From contig JAQBVF010000015.1 in the NCBI GenBank assembly GCA_027623675.1, positions 1-64,000 on the forward strand: a stretch of DNA of 64,000 nt, in the 5' to 3' direction. Position 1 is the first letter of the stretch. Each line of letters opens with the position of its first letter. Source of the DNA: Chloroflexota bacterium. Its GTDB lineage: Bacteria; Chloroflexota; Dehalococcoidia; Lucifugimonadales; UBA3495. A program made the translations under genes and the position numbers. The notes under the pieces are model-generated. The model was not told the origin of the DNA. It searched no databases and saw only the letters and a program-made list of their open reading frames with translations. Positions 1-10,072 of this stretch are shown piece by piece.

Positions 1-214
1 GCTGGTTTTTCCTCCATGAGTCATCCTCCCCACCCCTAAGATGACTCTTATCCTACCATCGCCACCTAGCCTCCATTCAGATGCGATTGCCCTGCCGGCG
101 CGGCCCGTTCTTATTGCCCACTTACTGTCGACAGTCTAGAATAGTCCGCAACCTCTGTTGTCCGGTCTTCAAACGCTGGCAAGCATCTCCGGTTCCTAGC
201 CGGATGGAGTTGTA

Positions 215-1468
215 TTGACGGTTTCCGCCCCTATCGGCGAAAGCTGGCGCCTCCCCGATGCCGGTTCGCCAATCCCGACACTTGATCACGTCATCGCCAA
301 GGCGATGTCGGGTATGGCCTTGGATGGGTCTGACGCGTTGGCGCTGCTGGCTGCCGGCCCCGAGGACACGCCGGGGTTGTGCGAGGCAGCCGCGATGCTG
401 CGGGACCGCGGCAAGGGGAAGATCATCACGTTCTCTCCCAAGGTGTTCATACCCCTGACCCACATGTGCCGCGACTTCTGCGGTTATTGCACCTTCCGCA
501 AAGACCCGAAACAGGCCGGTAAAGACCTGTTCATGACTCCGGAGCAAGTGCTGGCGGTTGCCGGCGCGGGGGCATCCATGGGCTGCACCGAGGCCCTGTT
601 CACGTTGGGAGAACGCCCCGAGCAGCGCTACCCCGAAGCCAAGGAATGGCTGGAACACCGCGGATTCAAGACCACTCTGGAGTACCTGACCCATTGTTGC
701 CAGTTGGTTCTGGTCGAAACGGCCATGCTTCCTCACGCCAACCCAGGCACCATGGCCCGACGGGAGATCGCGGCCCTGCAGCCTTTCAACCCATCGATGG
801 GCCTGATGCTGGAAAGCACCAGCGATGCACTGTACGCCGAGGGCGGACCGCACGAATTCGCTCCCAGCAAGCGGCCCAGGGTGCGGCTGCGCACATTGGA
901 GTTAGCTGGAGAGTTGCGGGTGCCTTTCACGACTGGTATCCTCATCGGCATAGGCGAGGACCGGCGCGACCGTGCCGAGTCTCTACTGGCCATCGCCGGG
1001 CTCCATGCCCAGCACGGTCACGTCCAGGAAGTGATTATCCAGAATTTCAGGGCCAAACCCGACACCGCTATGGAAGGGGCGCCCGACGCCGAAACCACCG
1101 AGTTGCTTTGGACGGTGTCGGTGGCCCGTTTGATCCTGGGCGCGAACGCCAACCTGCAAGTGCCGCCCAATCTTAGCGCCGACAACTACCAGATATACCT
1201 GGAGGCTGGCATCAACGACTGGGGCGGTGTTTCCCCGCTGACCATCGACTTCGTTAACCCGGAGGCCCCTTGGCCGGCGCTGAATGACCTGAAGAACAAG
1301 ACCGAGGCAGCCGGCTTTCAGCTTCAACCCAGGCTGCCGGTTTACCCTGAGTATTTCCTAGACACGAAAGAATTTCTACCCGACGCTCTCCGCAGCAAAG
1401 TCCTGGCTATGGCCGGGCCGGAGGGCTACGTTCAAGGGGGAATGGAAAGATATGCCGGCAGAACCTAA
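215..1468 (+). CDS. cofG: FO synthase subunit CofG (radical SAM)
   Basis: ITFSPKVFIPLTHMCRDFCGYC (CxxxCxxC), PFTTGILIGIGE, EVIIQNF, GINDWGGVSPLT motifs; first gene of the cof cluster; TTG start uncertain. Confidence 0.93.
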   Translation: MTVSAPIGESWRLPDAGSPIPTLDHVIAKAMSGMALDGSDALALLAAGPEDTPGLCEAAAMLRDRGKGKIITFSPKVFIPLTHMCRDFCGYCTFRKDPKQAGKDLFMTPEQVLAVAGAGASMGCTEALFTLGERPEQRYPEAKEWLEHRGFKTTLEYLTHCCQLVLVETAMLPHANPGTMARREIAALQPFNPSMGLMLESTSDALYAEGGPHEFAPSKRPRVRLRTLELAGELRVPFTTGILIGIGEDRRDRAESLLAIAGLHAQHGHVQEVIIQNFRAKPDTAMEGAPDAETTELLWTVSVARLILGANANLQVPPNLSADNYQIYLEAGINDWGGVSPLTIDFVNPEAPWPALNDLKNKTEAAGFQLQPRLPVYPEYFLDTKEFLPDALRSKVLAMAGPEGYVQGGMERYAGRT

Positions 1469-2807
1469 TGGCGATATTCCCAGAGGCGGTATGCCCAACG
1501 GCGGTATTCCCATGCAAGCCCGGGAACCAGCAGGCAACCTAGATACGCTGATCAGCGCAGTCAAACCGGATACGGCGGCGGTGTTGGACCGCGCCCTTTC
1601 CGGTGAGGACATCACGCCGGACGAAGCGGTGGTGCTGTTCGGCGCCGACGGACTGGAGTACAACGCTCTGGTCTTGGCGGCCGATGAACTGCGGCGGCGC
1701 GCCGTGGGCGACATAGTCACCTACGTGGTCAACCGCAACATCAACTTCACCAACGTGTGCATCAAGCGTTGCGGCTTCTGCGCTTTCAGCCGGGATTTCC
1801 GTCAGGAAGAGGGCTATCTGCTCCCCACCGAGGAGATCATCCGCCGAGCCAAGGAAGCCTGGGACTACGGAGCAACCGAAGTCTGCGTCCAGGCCGGACT
1901 GCCCCCCAAGATGGAGGGCGACCTTTACATACGTCTGTGCGAGGCACTGCACAAAGAGCTGCCCGGCATGCACATCCATGGGTTCTCGCCAGAGGAAGTC
2001 CTCTACGGTTCCATCCGTTCCGAGCGGTCCATCCGGGACTACCTGACCGACCTCAAGGCTGCTGGCGTTGGCAGCCTGCCTGGCACGTCTGCCGAGGTGT
2101 TGGACCAAGAACTGCGCGACAAGATTTCTCCCGGCCGCATCAGCGTTAAGCAGTGGACCGAGGTCATAACCACCGCCCATGAGTTGGGTATCCCAACCAC
2201 CTCCACGGTGATGTTTGGGTATCTGGAGACTTCCGCCCAACTTGCCAAGCACATCGACTTGATCAGGAGCATTCAGCAGCAAACCGGCGGCATCACCGAG
2301 TTTGTGCCGCTGAGTTTCGTCCACACCGAAGCTCCCATGTACATGAAGGGCCTCGTGAACGATGTGCGGCCCGGCCCCTCCGGCATGGACGTGATTAAGG
2401 TGCACGCCATCGCCAGAATCATGCTGAACAACTGGATACCCAACATCCAGGCGTCCTGGGTGAAAGAGGGCCCGCGCATGTCCCAACTCCTGCTCACCGC
2501 CGGAGTGAACGACTTGGGCGGCACCCTGATCAACGAAAGCATCTCCACCGCGGCCGGGGCGCAGCACGGGCAGTTGATGCGCCCTTCCGAGTTCCGCCAG
2601 ATGATCCGCCTGGCGGGCCGGATTCCCGCCGAGAGGTACACGACTTATAAAACCCGCAAGGTGTTCAGCGACACCGACGCGGAATTGGACCCACTGGACC
2701 TGGTCGGCGATAACGTGGAGGAGTTGTTCGGCTCCTATGCCCGCCTGGTCAAACTGGACAACTACCGCTTCGAGCACCCCAGCCAAAGCAGAAGTGCCAA
2801 AGTTTAG
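1452..2807 (+). CDS. cofH: FO synthase subunit CofH (radical SAM)
   Basis: VTYVVNRNINFTNVCIKRCGFCAF, PGTSAEVL, NIQASWVKEG, NDLGGTLINESI; alternative start ATG at 1512. Confidence 0.92.
   Translation: MPAEPNGDIPRGGMPNGGIPMQAREPAGNLDTLISAVKPDTAAVLDRALSGEDITPDEAVVLFGADGLEYNALVLAADELRRRAVGDIVTYVVNRNINFTNVCIKRCGFCAFSRDFRQEEGYLLPTEEIIRRAKEAWDYGATEVCVQAGLPPKMEGDLYIRLCEALHKELPGMHIHGFSPEEVLYGSIRSERSIRDYLTDLKAAGVGSLPGTSAEVLDQELRDKISPGRISVKQWTEVITTAHELGIPTTSTVMFGYLETSAQLAKHIDLIRSIQQQTGGITEFVPLSFVHTEAPMYMKGLVNDVRPGPSGMDVIKVHAIARIMLNNWIPNIQASWVKEGPRMSQLLLTAGVNDLGGTLINESISTAAGAQHGQLMRPSEFRQMIRLAGRIPAERYTTYKTRKVFSDTDAELDPLDLVGDNVEELFGSYARLVKLDNYRFEHPSQSRSAKV
1470..1514. repeat. 3 x 15-bp degenerate tandem repeat at the cofG/cofH junction
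   Basis: GGCGATATTCCCAGA / GGCGGTATGCCCAAC / GGCGGTATTCCCATG. Confidence 0.7.
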
Positions 2808-2849
2808 CCCCATCGCTCCACCATTGGCTCCCCGGTCCGGCGGCCGCGG

Positions 2850-3806
2850 TTGGTGACTCGGCAGAGGTTCTCCGGTTCACCCGCTGTCCTGGCTCTTGCC
2901 GGGGGGGTCGGCGGAGCGAAATTGGCCCTTGGTCTAGCCCGATGCCTGCCGCCCGGCGACCTGGTCGTCTGCGTCAACACTGGCGATGACGACACGTTCC
3001 ACGGCCTGCACGTTTCCCCCGACTTGGACACCATGATGTACACTCTGTCGGGCCTCGCCAATCAGGAAACCGGCTGGGGCGTGGCTGGGGACACCTTCAC
3101 CGCCCTGGAGATGCTGGGTAAACTTGGCGTGGATACCTGGTTCAACCTGGGAGACCGGGACCTGGCCATCCATATCAGGCGGACTCAGTTATTGGCCGAA
3201 GGCAGGACCCTGTCCGAGGTGACTGAGGAACTGAACCGCAACCTGGGCGTCCAGCACCAAATTGTCCCCATGAGCGACCATCCGGTCAAGACGGTGGTTT
3301 CCACTGACGAAGGCGACCTGGCGATGCAGCGTTACTTCGTGGGACGCCGGGCTGAGCCAAAGGCCACGGGTGTGCGCTATGATGGCGTTGAGAGCGCGGC
3401 CATTTCGCCGGGCCTGGAGTGGGCCATCGCCAACGCCAAGGCACTGGTGTTGTGCCCATCCAACCCTTACCTCAGTCTTGGGCCGATATTGGCCCTGCCG
3501 GGTGTACGCCAAAAACTGCGTGCGTTCCCCGGCAAGAAGGTCTGCGTCAGTCCGATCGTTGGCGGCGACGCCGTAAAGGGTCCGGCTGGCAAGATCATGG
3601 CCGAGCTTGGCAAAGAGGTGTCCTGCGTCGAGGTTGCCCGCGAGTACCGGGACATCTGCGATGTGTTTGTGATGGACACTCAAGACCAGCACCTGGCGGG
3701 GGATATAGAGGAAATGGGCATAACTCCGCTGGTAACTTCTACTATCATGCAGAGCGAAGAAGATAAGATTGCCCTGGCCAAAGAGATATTGGCCCTCCCG
3801 GAATGA
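2850..3806 (+). CDS. cofD: 2-phospho-L-lactate transferase CofD/FbiA
   Basis: LAGGVGGAKL, VNTGDD, HVSPDLDT, WFNLGDRDLA, PSNPYLSLGPIL, VKGPA. Confidence 0.95.
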   Translation: MVTRQRFSGSPAVLALAGGVGGAKLALGLARCLPPGDLVVCVNTGDDDTFHGLHVSPDLDTMMYTLSGLANQETGWGVAGDTFTALEMLGKLGVDTWFNLGDRDLAIHIRRTQLLAEGRTLSEVTEELNRNLGVQHQIVPMSDHPVKTVVSTDEGDLAMQRYFVGRRAEPKATGVRYDGVESAAISPGLEWAIANAKALVLCPSNPYLSLGPILALPGVRQKLRAFPGKKVCVSPIVGGDAVKGPAGKIMAELGKEVSCVEVAREYRDICDVFVMDTQDQHLAGDIEEMGITPLVTSTIMQSEEDKIALAKEILALPE

Positions 3807-3833
3807 TCCCGTAAATCGGAATAAGCGTGTCAA

Positions 3834-4502
3834 GTGGCAACCGTAAACGAATCTGACAATATCATCGCCATCGTGCCGATGAAACCCCTCTCCCAGGGAA
3901 AGACGCGGCTGGCCCAAAGCCTGTCCGCGGAGAAGCGGGCCGACCTGGCTCTGGGCATGCTCCGCCGGGTGCTGATAGCGATCAAGGCTGCTTCGGTAGA
4001 CCGGATCTGGGTGGTTGGCGGCGACGAACGTGTCTGCAAAGTGGCCAGAGATCTCGGCGGCGTATGCCTGGAAGAGCTCGGCTCAGACCTGAACGACACC
4101 CTCAAAAAGGCCTTCGAGAAAGCGTTCAACCAGGGCAGGTCCGCCCTTTACGTTGCCGGCGATCTGCCGTTCTTGAAGCCCGGTGACATCCACAGCATGA
4201 TCCAGAGTTCGCGGCGCAAGGGCAACGTGACGTTAGCCCCCGCCCGCCGCGACGGTGGCACCAACGCCATCCTGGCCCCCTATGGAGTGCCGTTCCAGCC
4301 CGAATTGGGCCAGGGCAGCTTCATGAAGCATCTGATCCAGGCGGCGCGTCTTGAGACATCCGTGGCTATCAACTCCAGCTCTGGACTGGGCTTTGACCTG
4401 GACGTTATCGACGACCTGGAGACCTTTCGGCATATGGAACCCGGCCTTTTGGACCATCTATCGGCCGAACCGTATGCAGGCGAGCCTGAAAACGGCGATT
4501 AG
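3834..4502 (+). CDS. cofC: 2-phospho-L-lactate/PEP guanylyltransferase CofC/FbiD
   Basis: IVPMKPLSQGKTRL, GDLP, DGGTNA, G.GSF..H, FDLD...DL; cof operon context. Confidence 0.92.
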   Translation: MATVNESDNIIAIVPMKPLSQGKTRLAQSLSAEKRADLALGMLRRVLIAIKAASVDRIWVVGGDERVCKVARDLGGVCLEELGSDLNDTLKKAFEKAFNQGRSALYVAGDLPFLKPGDIHSMIQSSRRKGNVTLAPARRDGGTNAILAPYGVPFQPELGQGSFMKHLIQAARLETSVAINSSSGLGFDLDVIDDLETFRHMEPGLLDHLSAEPYAGEPENGD

Positions 4503-4529
4503 TTTCATCCCCGGACCGGATACCGCGAA

Positions 4530-5495
4530 TTGACCGATACCAAGACAAAGATAGGCATCCTGCTCCCCACCCGGGGCCTCTTATTGCGCGGCGATCAGCC
4601 GCCCAATCTGGAGCGAATATTTGGTCTGGCAGAGACGGTGGAGCAGTCTGGCTTGGACTCGGTATGGGTTGGAGACAGCCTCGTTGCCAAGCCCCGCATG
4701 GAGCCTCTGGCGGTGTTGAGCGCTCTGGCGGCCCGCACCAACCGGGTTAGGCTGGGAACGGCGGTCCTGCTGCCGGCCCTGCGTCATCCGGTGCTGCTGG
4801 CCCAGACATTGGCCACGGTGGACCTGATCTCGGGCGGCCGGTTGGTGATCGGCGCCGGCGTCGGTGGGGCCTTCAACGACGACCAGCAGCGCGAATGGGT
4901 CGCCGCCGGAGTACCTGCCAAAGGCCGGGGACGCCGCTTTGAAGAGATCGTTGAGATCGTCCAAGGACTCGGTTCGGGCGAACCGTTCGATTTTCATGGC
5001 CGCGACTTCGACCTGGACCAGACTTTGATGCGGCCGGCGCCGGCGAGGCCGGGAGGGATCCCATTCCTCCTGGGCAGCCACTACCGGGCACAGAGTCAGG
5101 CCCAGATCAGGCGTGCCGCCCGTCTCGGCGCAGGGATAATCTCCATCTCGGACACGCCCGATGAATTCGCCCAGGTCCGCCGGCAGGTGGCGGAAAAGGC
5201 GATCGAATATGGGCGGAACCCGGACGATTTGGAAAATACTTTCTACCTGACGGTGAATATGCACCCGGATCTGGCGAAAGCCGAGGCCGACGCGGTGGAA
5301 TGGTTGACCGGGTATTACGGCTCGGACATCTGGGGCACCCGCTGGGGTCCCTTCGGCGGCCCGGAGCGGGTGGCTGACCGCATCCAGGAATATGTGAACG
5401 CCGGCGCCGGGACCATCGTGGTCCGGTTCGCCAGCTTTGAACCGGAGAAACAGCTCGAGCTGTTCCTGGAGAAAGTCGCACCGGCCTACGTTTAA
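4530..5495 (+). CDS. Luciferase-like (LLM) flavin/F420-dependent oxidoreductase
   Basis: DSVWVGDS, LAARTNRVRLGTAVLLPALRHPVLLAQ...DLISGGRLVIGAG; directly downstream of cofC. Confidence 0.88.
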   Translation: MTDTKTKIGILLPTRGLLLRGDQPPNLERIFGLAETVEQSGLDSVWVGDSLVAKPRMEPLAVLSALAARTNRVRLGTAVLLPALRHPVLLAQTLATVDLISGGRLVIGAGVGGAFNDDQQREWVAAGVPAKGRGRRFEEIVEIVQGLGSGEPFDFHGRDFDLDQTLMRPAPARPGGIPFLLGSHYRAQSQAQIRRAARLGAGIISISDTPDEFAQVRRQVAEKAIEYGRNPDDLENTFYLTVNMHPDLAKAEADAVEWLTGYYGSDIWGTRWGPFGGPERVADRIQEYVNAGAGTIVVRFASFEPEKQLELFLEKVAPAYV

Positions 5496-5525
5496 TCTCA
5501 ATGGGTAATCTCAATGGGTAATCTC
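5493..5525. repeat. 13-bp tandem repeat (2.5 copies) beginning at the LLM stop codon
   Basis: TAATCTCAATGGG TAATCTCAATGGG TAATCTC. Confidence 0.8.
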
Positions 5526-5661
5526 GATAAGTGATCCCGATAGGCTGGCCGAGTGCCGCTGTGCCACGGTCTCTCGGACTAGAACTCGGACCTGCGATTT
5601 GGCACGATAGATAGATGGATACACAGCAATGCTGTAGTGAAGTGTTAGGGAGGTTGCCCAG

Positions 5662-6435
5662 GTGTTTCCCATAGACCTGTCCGGCAAGAAAGGCGTAATT
5701 TTTGGCGTGGCCAACGACCGGAGCATCGCTTGGGGCATCACCCAGGCCCTCTCCCAGGCCGGCGCCCGCATCGCGTTGACCTACCAGGGCGACCGGCTGA
5801 AAGAACGGGTTGATGACCTGGCGGCCACCATGCCAGATTCCCTAACCCTGCCCTGCGACGCCACGGACGACGACCAGATCTCCGCGGTGTTCGAGTCGCT
5901 GAAAGAAGAATTCGGCGAAATTTCCTTCCTGGTGCATAGCATCGCGTTCGCCAACCGGGAGGATCTTTCCGGACGGTACGCCGACACCGGACGCGAGGGA
6001 TACCGTCTAGCCCTGGAGGTGAGCGCCTATTCCCTCCTGCCTCTGGTGCGCCACGCCGCGCCGCTGATGACCTCCGGCGGTAGCGTGGTGGCCATGACCT
6101 TCGACGCTTCCCAACGGGTCTACCCCGGCTACAACGTGATGGGAACGGCTAAAGCGGCGTTGGAGCACGGCGTTAGGCAATTGGCCTACGAGTTCGGGGA
6201 ACAAGACATCAGGGTCAATGCCATCTCGGCAGGGCCACTGGAGACGCTGGCCGCCAGAGGGATCAGTGGTTTCAGGGACATGCGCCATGCGGCCGCGGAG
6301 AAGGCGCCATTGAAACGGAATATCACGGTGGATGAGGTGGCCCAGACGGCGTTGTTCCTGTGCAGCGGCCTTTCCAGCGGAATCACCGGGGCAATCATTC
6401 CCGTGGACGCGGGCTACCACATAATGGCGGTTTAA
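5662..6435 (+). CDS. fabI: Enoyl-ACP reductase FabI
   Basis: GVANDRSIAWGI, VHSIAFA, SAYSL, YNVMGTAKAALE, VNAISAGP; GGAGG RBS before the GTG. Confidence 0.93.
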   Translation: MFPIDLSGKKGVIFGVANDRSIAWGITQALSQAGARIALTYQGDRLKERVDDLAATMPDSLTLPCDATDDDQISAVFESLKEEFGEISFLVHSIAFANREDLSGRYADTGREGYRLALEVSAYSLLPLVRHAAPLMTSGGSVVAMTFDASQRVYPGYNVMGTAKAALEHGVRQLAYEFGEQDIRVNAISAGPLETLAARGISGFRDMRHAAAEKAPLKRNITVDEVAQTALFLCSGLSSGITGAIIPVDAGYHIMAV

Positions 6436-6517
6436 GACCCTGTTGAAACGGGGATGTCCCGGCGGGGACGTGCCGGAGGGGACGTGCCCGGGAAAGACGG
6501 GGCCTGCCTAAAAAGCT

Positions 6518-7339
6518 CTAGCCCGGGGTGGAACTGGGGTCCAAGCCCTGCAGGTGCCGCCGGTCCTGGTCAGCCTGTTCCGACCGGCCCATCTGGGAGT
6601 AAGCCTCCGCCCGCCGCTCCCAGGCCTCCGCATAGTTGGGATCAAGCGCGATGGCCTTGGTGAACTGATCGATCGCCTCTTGGTACTTGCCCGCGCTGAA
6701 ACGCTCGATGCCCCGTCCCACCATCACCGCCGCGGTGGGCGCTATCCCGGGCGCGTAGGTTCCCCAGGGGACATATTCTTTTTCAGGCTCAGAATCTGCT
6801 TCGGGAGCCTCTTGGGTGGTAGGCGCTTCACCGGGTTGATTCGGTTCTTCCGCCGAAGCCTGATGAGATTCAACGCCAGGCGATTCCTCCGCCACGGCTG
6901 CCGCGCTTTCCTGCGTGGCTTGTTCGGTTTCCGCAACCGGGCCGGTGGCTTCAACCGCGTCAGGCGGGGTTTGGACGGCGGTGGCACGAACCGTGGTTTG
7001 GGGTTGGGCGGGTGAAGCCTCCCCTTGTTCCCGTTCCTCCGGGGAGTAGGCGGAACTCAGGTCCCACCCGCAGCCGGTGCAGAAATGCTGGCCGTTGGAG
7101 TACGACTTGGCGCACCGGGGGCAGGCCTGCCGGTCAGGTCGAGTCTCAGAGGAAGGGGCTGGATTATTGATGAACAACAGTGCCAGCGCCGGCAGCACTC
7201 CGAAAAGATGCCAGGGCAGCATGCCCAACAGCAACGCCGCGCCGCCCCAGGTCCAAGCATTTCGGCCCTTGGTTATCGCCAAACGGGCGGTCCAGATTGA
7301 GACCAGAAGAAGCACCAAGTAGATGAAAACGTCGGCCAC
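6518..7339 (-). CDS. Membrane protein with zinc ribbon, acidic linker and C-terminal TPRs
   Basis: Two N-terminal hydrophobic segments, CPRC...CTGC, A/E/P-rich linker, YQEAIDQFTKAIALDPNYAEAW TPR. Confidence 0.8.
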   Translation of the reverse strand: MADVFIYLVLLLVSIWTARLAITKGRNAWTWGGAALLLGMLPWHLFGVLPALALLFINNPAPSSETRPDRQACPRCAKSYSNGQHFCTGCGWDLSSAYSPEEREQGEASPAQPQTTVRATAVQTPPDAVEATGPVAETEQATQESAAAVAEESPGVESHQASAEEPNQPGEAPTTQEAPEADSEPEKEYVPWGTYAPGIAPTAAVMVGRGIERFSAGKYQEAIDQFTKAIALDPNYAEAWERRAEAYSQMGRSEQADQDRRHLQGLDPSSTPG

Positions 7340-7657
7340 GGGTCTTGTCCTCGATACCGTTGGAATCGATAGGCTAGATCGGTAAGGCTACATGCGGCGA
7401 GGTTACGTCTTCTGAAGCAAGCTTCAGAACTTCGGATAGTCTGGAATCCGGAGGAATCCCGATTGTTATCCTATAGATGAATATACACCTGTGGCGGGCG
7501 AGCGACAACGACGTAGGCAACAGCCCCAGTCTGGAACCGGTGGACCCGAGTAACTTGCAGCAAGGCTGGGCGGCTGCGTCGCGGTCCTGTGCTGGCGATT
7601 AGATCGCGTTATGCGGTAACTATTTTCGTATCCGCAACCGGTGAAATCCTACGGAAA

Positions 7658-7687
7658 TTGACAGGGCAAATTTCGTACTGCTAGAAT
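7658..7687 (+). promoter_or_regulatory. Putative sigma70 promoter for fbp-aldolase
   Basis: TTGACA-18 nt-TAGAAT with TGn extension. Confidence 0.55.
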
Positions 7688-7917
7688 TGGGCGCGGCTGG
7701 TTGCCGGAACCTGAATCACGCCTGCCGCGAGCCTGGCGGATTAAGCCGCAATGGCGCTGGTTTAACTATGAATCCAGTGGAATAATTACGGAATTTGTCT
7801 AAGGAAACGCCGGGTTAGGCTGACAAGCTTTACATACCATCCAATCGTTATCGGCCGGGACTCGCCCGGCCCGTGCCAGAGCTGGCCATTTGAGGCTAAT
7901 TAGTGCAGAGGTGACGC

Positions 7918-8895
7918 GTGGCGGTAGCACAACATCGGACCACTCTTCAAGAATACATAACCTCGGAATGGCGTGCCAACGGTCTGAATCGCGGCCTAGA
8001 CGCCGTGATAATGGCCATCGCCGAAGGTTCCAGGCGAGTTCAGCTGCAAGTGCAACAGGCCGCCCTGGCCGACGCATTGGGCGCCACCGGGGAGACCAAC
8101 GTACAGGGCGAGATCGTCCAACGGTTGGATGCGGCAAGTTCGGAGATCTTTGTTGAGACTCTCACCGGGTCGGGCCACGTGGCGGCCATCGGTTGTGAAG
8201 AGATCGAGGATCCGGTCATCATCGATGCCGATGCCGCGGACGGCTATATCGTGTTGATGGACCCTCTGGACGGCTCCTCAAACATCGACGTCGCGGTGAG
8301 CATCGGCTCAATCTTTGGCATCTGGCGGAAGGACCCAGGCGAGGTAGTCACCGACGAATCATTGCTCCGGCCGGGCAACCAGCAGGTTGCGGCGGCATAC
8401 GTGGTCTACGGTTCGAGCACCGTGTTGGTACTGGCAACCGAAGACAGCGTCTGCGGGTTCACCCTTGACCCCGAAACCGGGACCTTCGCGGTGACCCATC
8501 CCAACATCCGCATCCCTGACGATTGCCCTTACTACAGTACCAATGAGGGAAACAACAAGGTCCTAGACGAGGCCACCCGAAAAGCCATCGGCCTGCTGCG
8601 GGACCAGTATTCCCAACGGTACGTGGGCTCCTTGGTGGCTGACTTCCACCGAAACCTCCTAAAAGGCGGCATTTTCGCGTACCCGGCAGACCTGAACCGG
8701 AAGGAAGGACGACTCCGCCTGATGTACGAGGCCAACCCATTGGGCTATGTGGCCGAACAGGCCGGCGGGGCCGCCTCGACCGGCTACGGGAGAATCATGG
8801 ACGTTGTTCCAGAGAAATTGCACCAGCGAACTCCGTTAATTTTGGGCAATAAAGACGTCGTTGAAGCGACAGTGTCGGTGATTAACGGCGGCTAG
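7918..8895 (+). CDS. fbp: Fructose-1,6-bisphosphatase class 1
   Basis: NVQGE, DPLDGSSNID, YVGSLVADFHRNLLKGGIF, RLRLMYEANP. Confidence 0.96.
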   Translation: MAVAQHRTTLQEYITSEWRANGLNRGLDAVIMAIAEGSRRVQLQVQQAALADALGATGETNVQGEIVQRLDAASSEIFVETLTGSGHVAAIGCEEIEDPVIIDADAADGYIVLMDPLDGSSNIDVAVSIGSIFGIWRKDPGEVVTDESLLRPGNQQVAAAYVVYGSSTVLVLATEDSVCGFTLDPETGTFAVTHPNIRIPDDCPYYSTNEGNNKVLDEATRKAIGLLRDQYSQRYVGSLVADFHRNLLKGGIFAYPADLNRKEGRLRLMYEANPLGYVAEQAGGAASTGYGRIMDVVPEKLHQRTPLILGNKDVVEATVSVINGG

Positions 8896-8950
8896 AAATA
8901 TTGCTTGGCGCCAAACACAACCAGGATAATACGGGGAGTAGAGGTGATTC

Positions 8951-9973
8951 ATGGATAAACAACGGCTAGTACAGACTGCGCAGGCGTTGGTTGCCGCGAA
9001 GAAGGGTATCCTGGCGGCCGACGAGAGCAGCGGCACCATCAAGCGGCGCTTCGACAGCATCAACGTGGAGTCCACCGAAGAGAAACGCCGCGACTACCGT
9101 GAGATGCTTTTCCGCACGGCGGGGGTCAATGAGTTTCTCAGTGGTGTGATTCTGTTCGATGAGACCATCAGGCAGAACGGCGCCGACGGCACCCCGTTGG
9201 TCAAGGTGTTGACGGACCAGGGAATCATCCCCGGGATCAAAGTCGACAAGGGCACCGTGCCCCTACCCGAAGCCCCAGATGAGTTGGTGACCGAAGGTCT
9301 GGATGGGCTGCGGGACCGCTTGGCGGAATACGAACAACTGGGAGCCGGCTTTACCAAGTGGCGGGCGGTTATTAGCATCGGCAAGCACACCCCCACCTCT
9401 TACGCGCTGAGCGCCAACGCCCACGCATTGGCCCGGTTCGCGGCCATGAGCCAAGAGGCAGGCCTGGTGCCCATCGTCGAGCCGGAGGTATTGCGGGACG
9501 GCGGCCACAGCATCGAGCAGTGCTTCGAAGTCACCGAGGAAACGCTCAGGGAAGTATTCGACCAACTGGCCCAGCAGAAGGTCTTTTTAGAGGGGATGCT
9601 GCTGAAGCCCAGCATGGTCATATCCGGCGGGGATTACCCCGACCGGGCCGACCCGGATGAAGTGGCCGAGAGGACCATCGACTGCTTCAAGCGGGTGCTG
9701 CCGGCCTCAGTTCCCGGAGTGGTGTTCTTGTCCGGCGGTGAGCCTGACGGCTCGGTGACTGCCAACCTGAACGCCATCAACCAGCGTGCTCCAAAAGCTG
9801 ACGCCCCGTGGGAGCTCAGCTTCTCATTCGGCAGAAGCCTCCAGGGCGCGCCACTGGCCGCTTGGGCAGGCAAGGTGGAGAACACGGAGGCCGCCGCCTT
9901 GGCCTTCTACAACCGGGCGCGGTTGACCAGCGCCGCCCGGCAGGGAACCTACGTCCCCGAGTCCCACGCTTAA
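8951..9973 (+). CDS. fba: Fructose-bisphosphate aldolase class I (glycolytic/eukaryote-type family)
   Basis: KGILAADES, GIKVDKG, FTKWRAV, VPIVEPEV, LLKPSMV (Schiff-base Lys), FLSGG, SFSFGRSLQ. Confidence 0.95.
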   Translation: MDKQRLVQTAQALVAAKKGILAADESSGTIKRRFDSINVESTEEKRRDYREMLFRTAGVNEFLSGVILFDETIRQNGADGTPLVKVLTDQGIIPGIKVDKGTVPLPEAPDELVTEGLDGLRDRLAEYEQLGAGFTKWRAVISIGKHTPTSYALSANAHALARFAAMSQEAGLVPIVEPEVLRDGGHSIEQCFEVTEETLREVFDQLAQQKVFLEGMLLKPSMVISGGDYPDRADPDEVAERTIDCFKRVLPASVPGVVFLSGGEPDGSVTANLNAINQRAPKADAPWELSFSFGRSLQGAPLAAWAGKVENTEAAALAFYNRARLTSAARQGTYVPESHA

Positions 9974-10001
9974 TCAGGGCAACCGCGCATCAGGGAAAAG
10001 C

Positions 10002-10035
10002 AAAGGCCCGCGGACCATATCCGCGGGCCTTTTTT
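10002..10035. terminator. Intrinsic terminator between convergent aldolase and aspS, probably bidirectional
   Basis: AAAGGCCCGCGGA-CCATA-TCCGCGGGCCTTTTTT. Confidence 0.85.
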
Positions 10036-10072
10036 ATGGTCTGGTACCGCAGGCAAGTCCAGTCGCGTCCGG

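Noticed and set aside
1..24. Start of a minus-strand gene running off the window edge
   Set aside because: Only a few codons visible (ATG at 17 or 24 with a GGAGG upstream); no product can be assigned.
81..94. ATGCGATTGCCCTG as a possible IS end, with a partial inverse match near 9975
   Set aside because: Match is short and imperfect, no transposase is present, and the enclosed genes are housekeeping.
1539..2813. 424-aa antisense ORF, and similar long ones at 4581-5501, 10874-11929, 15922-17010, 31069-32094, 32451-33428, 38116-38991, 55357-56430
   Set aside because: Shadow ORFs opposite well-supported genes; expected in high-GC DNA and carrying no family motifs.
5493..5525. CRISPR-like repeat
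   Set aside because: 13-bp adjacent repeats without spacers; no cas genes.
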